NCBI GenBank assembly: GCA_009103225.1
Contig: RHPI01003642.1
Location: 517,116 to 581,115 of the forward strand
Reading direction: 5' to 3'
Length of the DNA: 64,000 nucleotides
Source: Chlorokybus atmophyticus
Taxonomy: Eukaryota; Plantae; Mesostigma and Chlorokybus algae
This document shows, in pieces, positions 24,101-36,803 of this stretch. Below the pieces are notes generated by a model. The model was not told the DNA's origin, did not search any database, and saw only the letters and a list, made by a program, of their open reading frames with translations. Numbering within the stretch: position 1 is the stretch's first letter; each line of letters begins with the position of its first letter. The translations under genes were made by a program, and so were the position numbers.

Positions 24101-27100
24101 AGTGGGCGATGTCGGTCTCATCAACGGCCTTGTCCTTGTCCTTGTCCTGCTCGCGGGCCGCCAGCACGCGCTTGAAGTCCTCCAAGTCAAGGAGGAACTC
24201 TGGCTTAACGGCGTTGAGGAGAGCCCCGCATGAGCGGAGGTGAACCAGGAGACGGTCGTACTGACCGAGGAGCTGCATCGCCTGCTCCTTCCTACTGTTG
24301 TGCTTGTTGCCACCGACGGTGTTACTGTTTCCGATAGAAGTCTTCGCGCCGACGCCGGCCTTGCTCCAAGCAAAGGGCTTACCAGAGAGAAGCTCCACGA
24401 GGTCGACCATCGCGCGGCCCTTGCACGCGACCATCTCCATAGGCATATTGCCGACGTCACCCCATGCACGACTGGTAGTGGCGCTCAGCCACCTCAACAG
24501 CGCTGGTGATGCACTCGCAGATGATAGAGCCTCCTCAGATACAACTGGCATGCGGAACCCTTCAACCCCAGGCACAAGCATCACTGCCTTGGATTCTGCC
24601 AACAGTCAATAACTGTTAGTTCGTTGCAAGTGTCTTTGCTTGCAGGAGGAGATAGTGTTAGGTATCTCCATCACGCACCGCTGGGAGCGTCAAGCCGCAA
24701 GAGGGATTCGTTTGTCTGCACAAAGTGGTGGGTGGTGAGAAGGCAGGCATCAGCAGTGCCGGTGACGGGTATGCTGAAGACGCCTGCGCCGTCGTCCGTA
24801 AAGTCTATCCGCGCCGTGAAGGACATCGGCTTGTCCGACACAAAGGAGACCTCCACAGGCAGCCGCGCCTTTGCAATGCCTGTGATTCAGGTACTCATTT
24901 CAGTGAGGTGTACATGTTGGGGGGTGTATCAATGGTATGATGTCACATACCAATCATGATGCCTTCGGGGAAGTGAACCTCAATGGGCACGCGTGTCTGG
25001 TCGACGGGTAGCTTGTACTTGAGCTCGAGGTTGTCGTATCCCTGGTTGATGACAGTGAACTTTGCGGTCGCTTTGACGCCGAGGGGGACCGCGGGTAGCG
25101 CCACCTCACGCGTGTCAAAGCAGAGCCGCGGCATCGCGCCCGTCCCGCGCACCTCAAGCTCGAGGTACGGCTTGTCCATCCCGGCGATGGCCAACGGGAG
25201 AGTACAGGAGTAGGTTATATTCTCACGCGGGGAGAAGACTGCACGCACTGTTGATATTTCTCCAGGTGCTAGCTTTCCCATCACAGGCACCAGCTGGAGG
25301 GCTCCCTTGAGAGCCTCCAGCGGGTCTGTGTTAAAAGACCAATCTATAACAACACTGTCGTTGTTGCGTATGGTGAAGTCAACGGCGTACGGTATCTTCT
25401 TGACGGTATCTCTCAGCACGATGCGGCTGCCAAACTCGACGCCAGTTTTGCTAAGAAGCAGCCGCGGCTTCAGCCCCTGCGCCGATACGCTCCTCGCCAG
25501 CTGGCTGTTGTCGCCGTTGCCCCCCGCGATGGTGAGAGGGAGCGGGAAGGAGAACGCCGAGGCGATACGCCGAGGACGGAAAACCATCGCGAGCTTGAGC
25601 TTCTGGTTCGGGGCGAGCGTGATGGCGTATCGGTTGAGAGAACCTGGAGGTAAATCCTGATCGTCACTGTCATGCTCCTCCTCCTCTTGCTCGACCTCGG
25701 TGGTCTCGGGGCCGTAGTCGAGCGCGAACTCGGGTCGGTCGGCAAGGTCTAGCACGAGCGACGCGGGTACAGAGCTGGTGTTGTTGAGCGAGAGGTCGTG
25801 TCGGGCGGCGCCACCAATGTACACACCCCCGAAGCTAATTTCGCCCTGCTCTACGGTCACACTGGGCACGACCGCCTCTGCTTTCACAGCAAGCTCCAGA
25901 CCCCTCTTATCACCTCCTCTGGTAACAGCCTTTACGCGTATATCCACCGGGCCCTTTGTTGTCGGCTCCAACACCAGTTCCATCTCCAATGTGGTTCCCC
26001 CACTCACTCGGCCTCTATCAGGAGTCACCTTCAACACGCCTTGCAGGGAGGCCTGGTCGATGAGGAAGACGGCGTCGTTGCCAGCGGGGTTCTTGAGCGT
26101 GACGGTGCGTGCGTGAGGCATCCCTGTGGAGACAATCCCAAAGTCCACACCCTCCTTCTCCTTGAAACCGCAGTGCCCGTCGGCCTTCTCCCCACGTAGA
26201 CGCACCCTCTTGCCCGCGCCCCCACCGCCACGCACCATCAGCGTGATGGACCCCTCGTAAGCCGCTCCCCCAGCCAATGCACCCTTACTCCCACTCGTGC
26301 TGTTCACGCCGGGTGCCCACGTAATTGTCACGGGTAGCGAGGCCTTCTTCTGCACCTCCCCGTGTTGGGGACTCACCGTGAAAGGGATGGCTGCGGGCGG
26401 GGCGGGAGTGTTGCCTGTTGGGTTGGAGCTTGGAGGTCGCTCACCCGCACCCTCCCACCAGAAGGACACCGCGTGGGCGTTGGTGTTGGTTATTACTATC
26501 GTCTCCTGAACGCTCGGGTCCCAGTTGTCCGGGCTGAATGTGAAGTCCACCTCCTCCCTGCAACCCATCAGTTCCCGCAAATAAGTAACTCACTACAATC
26601 GCATACAACATTGAATATCACATAAGCCTGTACCGTGACAGCTTTAGAGATACTGGCACGACGTCCGCCTTGACATCAAAATAGAATGTGTGCGCGGCAC
26701 CGTTGATGGAGTACGCCACAGTGCGTCGGAAGGCTCCGATTGCATTAGACACAAGAACAACATTGAATCCTGCTGTGGCTCCCGGTCCCACAACCTGCAA
26801 ACAATCCCAAAGTCACCACGACAGCGCTCAACAGCAGTAAGTCTAACAACTCTTCACCTGACAGTGAGGAGAGGTCTCGGTGAGGTCAGGGCAGCTCTCA
26901 AGGTTGAGATGCACAAGGACGGCGCGCGTGAGACCGTTGGAGACTGTGAGCCACCGCGTGGTCTGCGCTGTGGCAGACACTGGGCCAAAGTCCAGCACGC
27001 GCGGACCAACAGCCACCTTCACTATGTCCGAAGGCTGCAAGTAACGGTTGAGTAGGTAATAGTAATATGAATGACGCGCACACACACACACACACACACA

Positions 27101-30031
27101 CACATGCCTACCTGAAGAGGTGCAGCACAGTCTTTGACTTCCTGCGTTGTCGCCGGCTTGCTATGCCACCTTGATCCCCCTGGCCTTCCCTCTCCCTCCC
27201 ACGCCGGCATATTCCTCGGCCTCACCGGCGCCATCATCTCTGTATCAGGTCTCACAACGACAGCAGCACCTGCTGTTGGACCCTGTGGCAGCGGCAGCAC
27301 AGGTGGCGCGAGGCCCGCGGCGGGACGCATGCCGAGGTGGAGGTCGTCTTCGGGTGGCGGGAGAGGGAGGCTCCGCTTGTCACGCAGAGAGCGAGAGGCG
27401 CGAAGGTAAGACACGTACGCCGTACGATGCATGTGCTGCTTCTCGAGGTCCTCGGCGAGCATGGTGAAGTCCGTGATGGGACCCAAGTGCTCCTCCTCCC
27501 AAGGGTGCTTACGCTCGAAAGGTTTCAACTTGAACTCGGCGGGCGCATCAGGGTCCACGTAATGCCTCGGCTGCGCATGGTAGTGTGTGTCAGTCAGATT
27601 GTAGACACGAAAAGTGATACAACTCACTGATACAATCACCACTATACTCACTCTGATGAAATCTTCTCGGATTTTGTCGGGGCCGCCGAGTGTGTTTATT
27701 CTGGGTCCCAGGAGTGGGGCAGACCCATGTACAGAGAGGGTGAGCTCATGTAGTAGGACGCCCTCGTTGCGTGTGCTCCACACACGCACGCGCACGGTTT
27801 CACGGTGGGTTCCGAGGGCCCGCGGCGCAAAGGTCAGCACCATGTCCGCACTCTGACCCGGCTGCAGCCGCCCCCTCCCAGGCCGCGCAGCGAAGGATGG
27901 GGATGAGGAGGACAGCGTGAAGGACAACGGCACAGCTGTCTGAGACTGAAGGGATACGAGGGTGTCGAGACATGTGGATGTTGGAGTTGCCCCGAAGGAT
28001 ATCGCAATGGACGGCGATACCACCAGCTGCACACATGAGAGTCCAGTCAGTGACTTTGCTGCAAACTGTTTAGCCCTTTGGTCACTTATACTTGCCACAC
28101 GAGGTTGCGTTACTGACCCAAATCAGTCCCGAAACACAAAACATGCAGTATATATCCGTAGGGAAAACACCCATCAAACCAGTAGCTTGTGCTTGCCTGT
28201 GCTTTGCAGGCTTGTGCCGTGACCGGCAGGCGTAGTGGCGTCTCTGGCGAGCCGTCGGAGGTGACATTGAGTGCACAAGTTAGATCCTCAACGAGCGGCT
28301 CCTTCTCTGCAAGTGTGGCAAACCCTTTGGCTCTGTCCTGCTGCTTGGGCGCGAAGGTCACGGTGAACGGTGCGAAAGAGAAGGGTGGGACTGTGCCGGA
28401 GGCGGGGGAGATGGAGAAGCCCATGGTGGTGGGGTTGGCGTTGTTGGTGGCGGTGGAGTTGGAGTCGGTGTTGTCATTGGTGGGAGATGGTGATGAGGTG
28501 CTAAGAGCTAGCGTGGCGGTGTAGGTGATGGGGTTGGGGCCGGCGTTGTGCACGGCGGCGGGAAGGACGTGGCTCTCCCCGTGGCAGAGTGGGGGGAAGG
28601 CTAAGGCCAGGAGAGGCTGTCTTTGAGCCTTGAAGGTGTTGGTTGTGGCCTTAGGGTTGGGTTCAATGTCGGTGACAACATCAAATGCTGCCGGCACCGC
28701 CACAGCCGTCACCTCCACGGGCACGGCGCGTCCCTCGGGTGAAGCCCTCACGTTCACGCGGCCGTACACCGCCCCCGCTGCCCCGGACGACGCAAGCCTC
28801 GCCACCACCTCCTGTTGTCCCGCATGCATGTAAGCGTAAACAATCACGCATGCATGTTGGATTATACTATGTGTGTACCTGTCGGCTGGCGGGTGGGATT
28901 GTGCCGCTGCGCGGGTCGACATCAACAGGTACAGCCTCGCGGTCGTACTCGACCTCAAACGGCGTGGCAGCCAACCTATTCCTGTTGACTATACTGAACA
29001 CTTTCTCCCCTCCCCTCCCAGCTCCATCAACCCCACCCTCCCCCTTGTCCTGTCCACCCATAGGCACATAGCCAAAGTCGAGAGCCGCAGGCTCCACACT
29101 CAACTGACCCTCCCCTCCCCCAACCCCACCAACTCTCCCCACCAACGGCACCCCAACGCAACCCTCCTCTACCTGAACCAACAACGTGTCGAAGTAGTCA
29201 TGCTTCAAAGTGTCATTAACACCAACACCTCCCTCCCCTCCTCCTCCTTCGGGTCCTGTTGTTGTGTTGTTTGGTGGTTCGAATATCACTTCAATGGCGG
29301 CTTCGAGGCCCGGCGCAAGACGCAAGGTCTGGCTGTTGTTGGAGTGGGCCAAGCGAAAGACGGGAAGGGCGGGACGGAGGACGCGAAGCGTGCGGGCGCG
29401 GGGACTGACATTGCGGACGCGAAGGGAGAGAAGGCGGGGAGCGTGTTGAGCATCGTGCGTCTGAGGAAATGGCAAGGTAAGGGTGGTGCATGGTGTATGT
29501 GAGAATGTATCTAAGGCTCCAGTGCGCTTCCTTGCCATAACCCGTGTTTGGTGTGTTCTTCAATGGCTGATCTTGGCTGATGCTAGTTGCATGAATGTTT
29601 TTGACAGTATTGACCTTGGTTACAAACACTTGCAGTGAACACCTTACCAACATGGTCCCAACTAGATACCAGCGTGCATATTGCCTTGTTGTCATACACT
29701 GTAGGAATATCTTATGAGTTGGAATGCGCAGCAAGGTAATAATCATGGAGCGTCACCTGTACAGCTTCGAATTCCAGCTGAGCGGGGAGTACGCGCAGGA
29801 AGGAGCTCGCAGCATCTGGTGCGATTGTGGCTCCCTTGCCCCCCAGGCTGCCTCCCGTGGTAGACAGTTCTTGAGAGGCCACCATTGTTGTGGCTAAGGT
29901 ATAGATTGCTTCATTTCTGGTTGAGCCTGAGGGGTGAGAAATGCAAACCAGCCGTTGTAGCGAATGGCTTGCAGCCTGGAGCGGCCCAGTTGCAGATCAG
30001 CTGTTCAAGGTGTTGACCCCTTCTTCAACAT
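18126..30031 (-). CDS. CFAP47: Cilia- and flagella-associated protein 47 (multi-exon; ASH/Ig-like repeats and calponin-homology domains). Start codon uncertain (~29900-30031)
   Basis: N-terminal LRVLPAQLEFEAVQ/LRVRNVS...LAPGLEAAIEVIFEP; Ig-like repeats (YSINGAHTFYFDVKADVVPVSL, FGGVYIG, LKHIELTNP); CH domain VLLRWASHHF...LTNFTTHLRDGLALFSLL; C-terminal FTVSFSPREYGRVLVARLIIQTEEMDWMYEIRG. Confidence 0.9.
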
Positions 30032-30333
30032 CACTGGCGTCGTCCCCCCTTCTGCTTTGCCACTGCGTTGAGGCGGCGGCGGCGGTAGCGGTGGCGGTGG
30101 CGGTGGCGGCCTGTTAGGGTTGGCACCGCCACCCGCCACGTGGCACCGCCAGCTGAGGCTTGATAGAGTTCAGCTGTCTGTCACGTGACGTGCAGATATC
30201 AACGTAAGCGCATCGTTGTGGCCCACTGACACCTTTTATGCCGTTCATTTCCAGGTTAAGTAACCGGGGTCCTCGCTGCAAAGCGTGTGAATGACCGCTG
30301 AGCCTGACGGCGGTCACGGCAGCAACAAGCGCA
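30032..30333. promoter_or_regulatory. Putative bidirectional promoter between CFAP47 and SOD, with palindromic G-box/E-box
   Basis: Head-to-head genes ~300-450 bp apart; GTCACGTGAC at 30180-30189. Confidence 0.4.
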
Positions 30334-32058
30334 ATGGCGTCCATGGCGGCGGCGGCGACGGCGGTGTTGGGGACGCCGTCCTTTGCTACGACGACGTTGT
30401 CTGCTCCATCACTAAAGAGGCGGCAGAGGAGTCAGCTTCGCCGTCGGGGGTCTAGCCTAGCACCCAGGGCTTCAGCCCAGCAAAATGAGAACGGAGGCGT
30501 CACGGAGCATGCCCCCACCCGCCGCAGCGCTCTCATCGCGGCGGCGGCGGCGGCGGTTGCGGCGGCGCCCCTGACCGACCTCCTCGGTCTGCAGCGTAAC
30601 CAGGCACTCGCTGCGGCACGGTCGGCCAGCGTCGAGCTCATCCCAACGAAAGGATCCGACGTCAAAGGTATGCTATGCATGCAATCAGACTGAACTCAAC
30701 CTAAAGAATGCATAACACCTTCGTGAAGGCAATATCAGTCTAAGACCGCAGCAAGGTGCTTGTTTGGAGGTTGCGTTTGATGACTTAAACTTGCGACTGG
30801 GGTAATGGATGGTTAGGGAGGGGGCAGAAAGGGTTGAGGCGGGCACAGTCAGAGCGACACGAGGGGAGTGGGATAGTGGGAGAGATGACAAAATGTGGTT
30901 GCTACTGCTGTGTTGAGTGGCTAGAGCAGCGAAGGGAGAAGGCTGTTCGTAGCGGTGGTGGGAGCAGCACCTACTTAATGCATTCGCACCATACTGTGCA
31001 TGCACGAGCAAGTGCATGCAGTTGTGGTATGCAATTGCATGTTAGACCACGGCCTTGCCAATACTGAGTGACCATGCAGCAATCACTCCCATGCACAGGC
31101 ACGGTGAGGTTCACGGAGATTACCACAAAGTATGGCAAACCGCTCGTGCAAGTGGACGTTAACATTTCGGGGCTATCCCCCGGAAAGCACGGGTACGCAC
31201 ATGACAGTGATGCTTCTTGTTTTGCTGACTGGCCTGAGAGGTTTGCTGACTCTTATGCTTGCGCATGCACCTGCTTGGCTCTGCACAGCTTCCACATCCA
31301 CGTAAGTAACAGCGGTGTACTCTGTGACCCAGACTCAATGCAGAGGTTGTAACTTGGACATGGTGCTTCACAGGAGATCGGCAATGTGACCTGCGATGAT
31401 GGTTTGTGCACTGGAGGCCACTTCAATCCAGACAAGCTTCCGCATGGCGCGCCAACCGCCACCAGGAAGTTTGGTGAGTGTTGAGTAGTAGCATAGTCGG
31501 TGGTGCAGCTTTGCGTGAATGTATGACAAGAATCAACTGTTGCCACTGCAGGTGCGAGTGCGAGCCACTTCGTTGGTGAAGGCGTCATCTACTGGCGGCA
31601 CGCGGGAGATCTCGGCAACATTGACGCAGACTCGGTAGGCAGACTTGGTTGACCAAATGCACTTGCAAAAGTTGTAAAGTTAAGCACTTACACATTCAGG
31701 TAAACGTGCCCGTCCTTGTGGCTGTAGTACAACTTATGTTGTGCGCATGGATGCTGCTGTGCTGCAGTCTCTATGTTGCACTCATGTCTTCTACCGCTAT
31801 GACACTCAGAATGGCGTGGTGAAGAGCACGTTCACAGACCCCGTCATCAAGCTCACAGGCGCCAACAGCATTGTTGGGCATTCCGTCGTGGTGCACTTCA
31901 AGGAGGACGATCTTGAAACGCAGGCAAGCACTGCATCATCCATTGATTGTTTGTCATTTACACAGCACGAATGTGCGCGGTTGATAACCCTGTGTCTGTT
32001 GTGCTTGCAGCCCACCGGCAATGCGGGTGGTCGAGCAGCATATGGAACAATTGTGTAG
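30334..32058 (+). CDS. Cu/Zn superoxide dismutase with predicted bipartite plastid/thylakoid-lumen (Tat) targeting, 261 aa, 7 exons
   Basis: Exons 30334-30667, 31099-31192, 31289-31301, 31374-31473, 31552-31634, 31810-31923, 32011-32058; motifs GKHGFHIH, GGHFNP, PHG, RHAGDLGNI, SIVGHSVVVH, PTGNAGGR. Confidence 0.93.
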
Positions 32059-32743
32059 GAGTGTCTTGAATTGGTCTTGGACAGTACTAGAGTAGCAACC
32101 ACTGGTAATGGTCTTGTTGGGCATGCCATTTGTGCCAACATCACAACCCATGCGCTGTCATGTACACATGCTGCCACACGCGTGTGCTCTGAGCATGTAA
32201 ACCCGCTGCTGCCGTTAGTGCTTGGATGCATGTTGCAAGCAGTTTGCACACCATGGTAGAAGTGCTGCAGTGAGTGACAAGCCAGCGCGCGTAGCGCCGC
32301 AGCACTGCTGGTCTGCAGATGAGCTTCACACGAGTCCATCGTGCAATCCAAATAACTTGGCATCATCTGGCCCAACAGCTTCATGAATATTTCACATTAC
32401 TGGTAGTAGTCCCAGCGGGTGGAAGCAAACCCATCTTGTCAAATAAGGCAACCATGGGATCCCTGCACTGGTGGGCATGCCACTGCACAGCCATTCCTCC
32501 CGTTGATCAAACATTCCATCCACCGCCCAGGGAACAAAGTGTGTTAGCCCAATGTTGACTGTGTCAACACTTAGGGGCCGGATACTGACCACCTTGCACA
32601 GCTGCGCCCGGGAAAATCGCAGTGCCCCGAATCACTGCGGTGAGCAACTCGCAGCGTGTGCAAGTCTGCAGCACATGACATTGCCTGTTTTGCTGGTGAC
32701 GCATGGAACTGTTTGTTCTGCATTGTGTCGGAACCAACTCGAC

Positions 32744-34650
32744 TCAGCTTTGTTTGCCCATCTCTCGCGACCTTTCGGCTGCAGCAATCACCGCGTTCAT
32801 GATCCCTGCCCTCACACCCCCTTCCTCTAGCGCCCGCATGCCAGCAATGGATGTCCCTGTGTGCCGCAGCATAATAGCAGTTTTATTCGTCAAGCTGCCA
32901 GTGTGCGTATGTGCGTGTGCATGTGGATGTGCGCTCGCGCGCTTGTTTGTGTGACACTGTGCAACAAGCAGCGGGCACTGCTTGTTGCACACGGACCTGC
33001 AGGCGAGCAGACCGAATCCTTCAACGCTCCCGGATGCCTCCCATCTTCAAGAACCATCTTGGCAGCGCCCAGCACCGTCTGGGCCGCGAGGGACTGCGCG
33101 ATGTCACGTGGCAACCCCGCCACGACACCGCCGTCCGCCATGGCTTCAATCACTGTGAAGATGAACGCCGGACCGCTCCCACTGGTAGTTGATGGCACGT
33201 TGGTATGTTGTTTGACGTGATAATGCGTGATGGAAGAAAAAGGCAAGCCCTGACCTGAGGCCGGTGACAGCGTCAAGCAGCTTTTCTTCAAGCGTATGTA
33301 CTCGACCAACAGCACCAAACAAAGTCTCCACCAATGCCTTTTCCTCCTTCGTACAGTTCTGCCCCACAGCACCAGATGCTGATGGTCAACGATTAAGAGA
33401 GTGCAAAGGACGCTACAACCGTTGCTCTATGACAATAGCACGTACAGCAACATCTAACAACTGCACATCGACCAACACTAGCTGTAAAGTAATTCTCATG
33501 AAGTAGAGCACAATCGCACCTCGCAGCAGTGCAATACAACCATTTAAATGCTATGCACACGCCTTCGTTCCTGACCTGTCCCATAGCGATGGCACCGGCG
33601 GTTGAGCCGACAAGGCAGCAGATGTTCGGCATGACGCGCACAACTTTGCACTCAGGGCCTGCACCAGACTGGAGGGTGGAGAGCGTGATGCCTGCGGCGA
33701 TGGAGACGAGGAGATGGTTGGCTGTCAGCTCCCCCGCCAGCTTGGCCAGGACTCCCGCTACGTGCGGTGGCTTCACTGCGAGGATCAGCACGTCCGCATT
33801 CTTGGCCACGTCCACTGCCGACGTGTACGCCGTCACCCCCGCCGCCTGCCATCACCGCGACGGCAACACTGTCATGGCACCGTCCTTGTGTCAAGCATTA
33901 TTGAATGATGGACACTTGGTATGCTCTTGTAAGCTTGGCTGTTGTCTTTGCTACCAATCGCGAGACATATAGGTGATGACCTCTTTACTGATATGCCACG
34001 TGTTTCTCACGCGAAAGAGCCAAATCTCATTTGCAAAACTAAACGACTCCGGCCATTGCTGACTCACTTATAAGCTGCACAAACGCGACGCAATAAAAGA
34101 CGAAAGACTGACGACTCAGTGTTTGCGATGGCCAACACCATGTGGTATGCTACTCAATGTGGACGTTCATCACAGTATTATGCATGGGTGTGCATGGTAG
34201 GTAGACGAAACGAGAGATGATGTTCTCACAACCTCCGCCGACCACAGCATGAACCAACTGTTACTCTTATCAACTTGGACCTTTCAGTAAGGCTGTCACC
34301 TGAAAGACTTCTCTGCGTGAGGAGGCGACGTCCGTGGCGCACATGGAGCCGGGCTCCACGACCCCTGCGGAGATGAACCCCCTGGCCAGCGCCTCGGCCA
34401 TCATGCCCGCCCCGATGAACCCGACTCGCTGGTCCACTGGCGCCATGGCCGCCGACGACGCCGCCGCCGCCCAGGCGGAAGAGGAGAAGGGTCTGGTGCT
34501 GCTTGATGCTGGGCGGTGGCGCTGAGCGTGCGGCTTGTTGCTGCTGCGGAGGACTACCAGAGCAACGCGGTGGCTGCTGCTGAGCTTGAAAGGGGTGACC
34601 CCGCCTCTCCACAGACCCGCAAGGTGCTGGTGCAGCACCCTCACGGCCAT
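32744..34650 (-). CDS. P5CR: Pyrroline-5-carboxylate reductase, 5 exons, with N-terminal extension
   Basis: [13 protein letters not shown] Rossmann motif, [55 protein letters not shown]. Confidence 0.95.
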
Positions 34651-36302
34651 GCAGCGACCGCCACCGCCACCACCGCCGCCGACAATGCAGGTGGCGTAAT
34701 GGCGGGAATGGCAGATACGCTTCTCCGTTACGTAACCAAGGCAAGGCGTGTTTGAAACACGTACATGTGTGGAACACACCACTTCAGTCACTGAAGTGTT
34801 GCACACTGAAGTTCAACAGCTCATGTTGCCTCAAGTTCAAGGGCACATGAAGACTCTTGAAGCCTAGATTACGAAGCATGAGGTTTAATTCATGCCATGG
34901 ATATCCTTACCCTATGTTATGAGAACACTTCCTGCACAAAGACCACAATACAACACCCACATCATTAACTACATGCTTTGGCTTTCATGTGCTATTTCAG
35001 CTGAGCCAACCTTTAATTGCACGACACCGACATGTTGAACTACTCAGTTGTATTTGTTTATATCATCCGAGCGAAATATTGTTGACTCGCACGGTGCGAG
35101 TCAATAATGTTGACAGTCAACATAACCTATACCATGCGAGTCGCACCACATATTGCACGTAAGTGTATATATACCGCATTTCTAAAGCACAACCATGCTT
35201 CTGATACATAGCATTATGACAATAGTACTCACATATCGTATAAATGCATGCACAAGGTTAATTTACATATAGTGCGAAACGGCAATGTGCATATGCTTTA
35301 TAATACCATGCGATACGTGATGCATATATTATAAGCTACACTTGAAATCCAATTTTAAAACATTTAAACACAACATAAGTAAAGCGCTGTACATTTCAAC
35401 TCAATGGTAAAGTTAGTTTTTAATAATGGATGTAAAATACTTATCATAGTATGATTTATTGTGCATTATAACAACACACAATATATAACACACAAGACTT
35501 GCGGTAAAGCAAGCTACAAGAGTGGTTACAATGCAAATGCAATCATAAATAACAATTAGATAACAATAAGCCAACAACAAGCAAGCAATTTCAGTGGGGG
35601 CTAAGACAGAGATATGTTAATGCATGCCACACTCATATACAAAATCTGATATATGCAAGCCACCCATTATCATCGACATAAACTGCTTATGTAAAAACGC
35701 AACGATAGTACCAGCTATAATGAACAGTCATATGATCAAGTGGTGAGGCGTGTGTTCAATGGTATCTTGGAGTTACATTACGATGTGAGGTAGGTAACTC
35801 CATTATTTATTATAGGAGCCTACATTTGTACCCCACTGTTGTTAGCAAACACCCATTACTTAGCTGGTGATTAATATTGTGAAATAGCAAAATAAAACAA
35901 TCAAACGAGGTGAGGAATATGGGTTGGATTAAGGAGTTTATGTACATAGCGTATGACGCGCTGTTGTGCGCACACAACACCGTATGTGTCGAGGTGAACC
36001 AAGTCATTTACCGAGGTTATCACACAAGCAGAAGTACCAACCGGTATGAATGCACATTGATCATGAGCATATTTAAAGCTAACTCACTTGGTCCAAGTTG
36101 TGAGATAGCAATCCACATGCAGGCTTGATTGAAATGTTAAGGGGCTCTTGCTACAGCCTTACGGGTATGCATGTGCATATGCATGTCCATTCATAGAGCA
36201 CACAACGTCAATGAGCTCTTCACACTCATGCCATTGCAAACACGCACGAGTCAATGACACATATCTCGAGAATCTCCGTCGCATCAAGCTACATGCAATC
36301 CC

Positions 36303-36690
36303 CCTACTTAATGCATTCGCACCATACTGTGCATGCACGAGCAAGTGCATGCAGTTGTGGTATGCAATTGCATGTTAGACCACGGCCTTGCCAATACTGA
36401 GTGACCATGCAGCAATCACTCCCATGCACAGGCACGGTGAGGTTCACGGAGATTACCACAAAGTATGGCAAACCGCTCGTGCAAGTGGACGTTAACATTT
36501 CGGGGCTATCCCCCGGAAAGCACGGGTACGCACATGACAGTGATGCTTCTTGTTTTGCTGACTGGCCTGAGAGGTTTGCTGACTCTTATGCTTGCGCATG
36601 CACCTGCTTGGCTCTGCACAGCTTCCACATCCACGTAAGTAACAGCGGTGTACTCTGTGACCCAGACTCAATGCAGAGGTTGTAACTTGG
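36303..36690 (+). repeat. 388-bp identical copy of SOD segment 30970-31357 (probable assembly artefact)
   Basis: Appears identical at offset 5333; starts after a short C-run and ends at a single N. Confidence 0.85.
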
Positions 36691-36803
36691 NACATGCATT
36701 GGAGCTGAGCCAACTCAGCTCCCTTAGCCAACCAATCACGCACCCAAAAATACAGCAACTCGGTTGAGAACACCGCTCAAAACACGTTTCAAACACTCTC
36801 TTG

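Noticed and set aside
36303-36690. Partial SOD duplicate as a real second gene
   Set aside because: Identical including introns, starts at a C-run and ends at a single N; best explained as a scaffolding or gap-fill artefact. Long reads are needed to exclude a very recent duplication.
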